From assembly GCA_038045285.1 (NCBI GenBank), contig JBBSYK010000021.1:1-33991 (forward strand): DNA of 33,991 nucleotides, written 5' to 3'. The notes below the pieces were generated by a model that was given only the letters and a program-made list of their open reading frames with translations, was not told the DNA's origin and searched no databases. This document shows positions 33,493-33,991 of this stretch, one piece after another. The translations under genes were made by a program, and so were the position numbers. Source of the stretch: Nanobdellota archaeon. GTDB taxonomy: Archaea; Nanobdellota; Nanobdellia; Pacearchaeales; GW2011-AR1. Each line of letters starts with the position of its first letter. The first letter of the stretch is position 1.

Positions 33493-33991
33493 TTTATTAC
33501 CTCCTTTCATCTTTTTATTTTCATATCCTAAGCTTTAGCGCAAAGCAAAAACAAAGCTCTAAAGCTTCTAAAAATAACGAATTATGAGATATATATTGCG
33601 GTGAGAGAATTTTATAAGAAGACTAGCGTAATTTTTCGGTATTTAGAATGCCGATATAAATCTTATTATTCTTTTCATTTCGCCTTCAAGCCTTCAATAA
33701 CAGATTCGAGATAAACAGCTGCTTTGAAGGGAAATGAATGCTCAATTATTTTTATTTTGCGATAGTTATAATCATGACTCATAAAGGGAATACAGGGACG
33801 AGCTTTTTGAGAAAGAGAGCATTGAGATCTTCCTTGCTAGTGTCTTTAAATTCTCTTCCTTCAAGTCTCTTGCAGAGATTATCAAATGAGTCAATTTCAA
33901 AATAAGCTTAAAAGAATATTAAATATTGACACAAGTATGTCAAGATAATGCCCTTCGGGCATAAGGAAAACTATTAGAATCAATCCAATAA

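Overview
This is an AT-rich, densely coding archaeal segment; G+C looks like roughly one third by eye and was not computed. Archaeal origin is supported by eL43/L37Ae, RpoP, prefoldin beta, SepF, and archaeal-type PGK and TIM. The small proteins and leaderless promoter geometry suggest a small-genome DPANN-like archaeon, which is inference.

Layout:
1. 1-3.0 kb holds tRNA-Pro, an interrupted L37Ae-RpoP-PfdB information-processing cluster, and SepF.
2. 3.1-9.3 kb and 12.8-14.7 kb hold surface-glycan genes: GT9, GT2, GT4, QueC, and a CDP-hexose pathway (rfbF, rfbG, and an rfbH-like 3-dehydrase).
3. 9.3-12.7 kb is an accessory insertion that splits the CDP-sugar genes. It includes a roughly 1.66 kb cassette bounded by inverted repeats. 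The cassette carries a RelE-like toxin gene, a convergent and overlapping 51-aa antitoxin-like ORF missing from the ORF track, and a membrane-anchored PRTase-like protein.
4. 14.7-19.6 kb encodes a 1605-aa secreted subtilase fused to a seven-repeat FG-GAP-like propeller.
5. 19.6-21.2 kb holds an archaeal ATPase/DUF234 gene. It is bracketed by a 49-nt direct repeat that duplicates the 3' end of the protease gene, an att-like insertion scar.
6. 21.3-25.3 kb holds gap-pgk and tpi-rpiB-rpe.
7. 25.4-33.5 kb is a second glycosylation cluster with Alg5-, Alg14- and Alg13-like genes in a row, a methyltransferase, GT2, AsnB, a GT-C membrane transferase and a sequon-rich membrane-anchored protein.

A recurring TATA-N21-ATG geometry is visible, including three divergent gene pairs that share one central TATA box. 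I recognised no rRNA, CRISPR array, transposase or integrase. All functional calls come from motif recognition by eye; no database search was possible.
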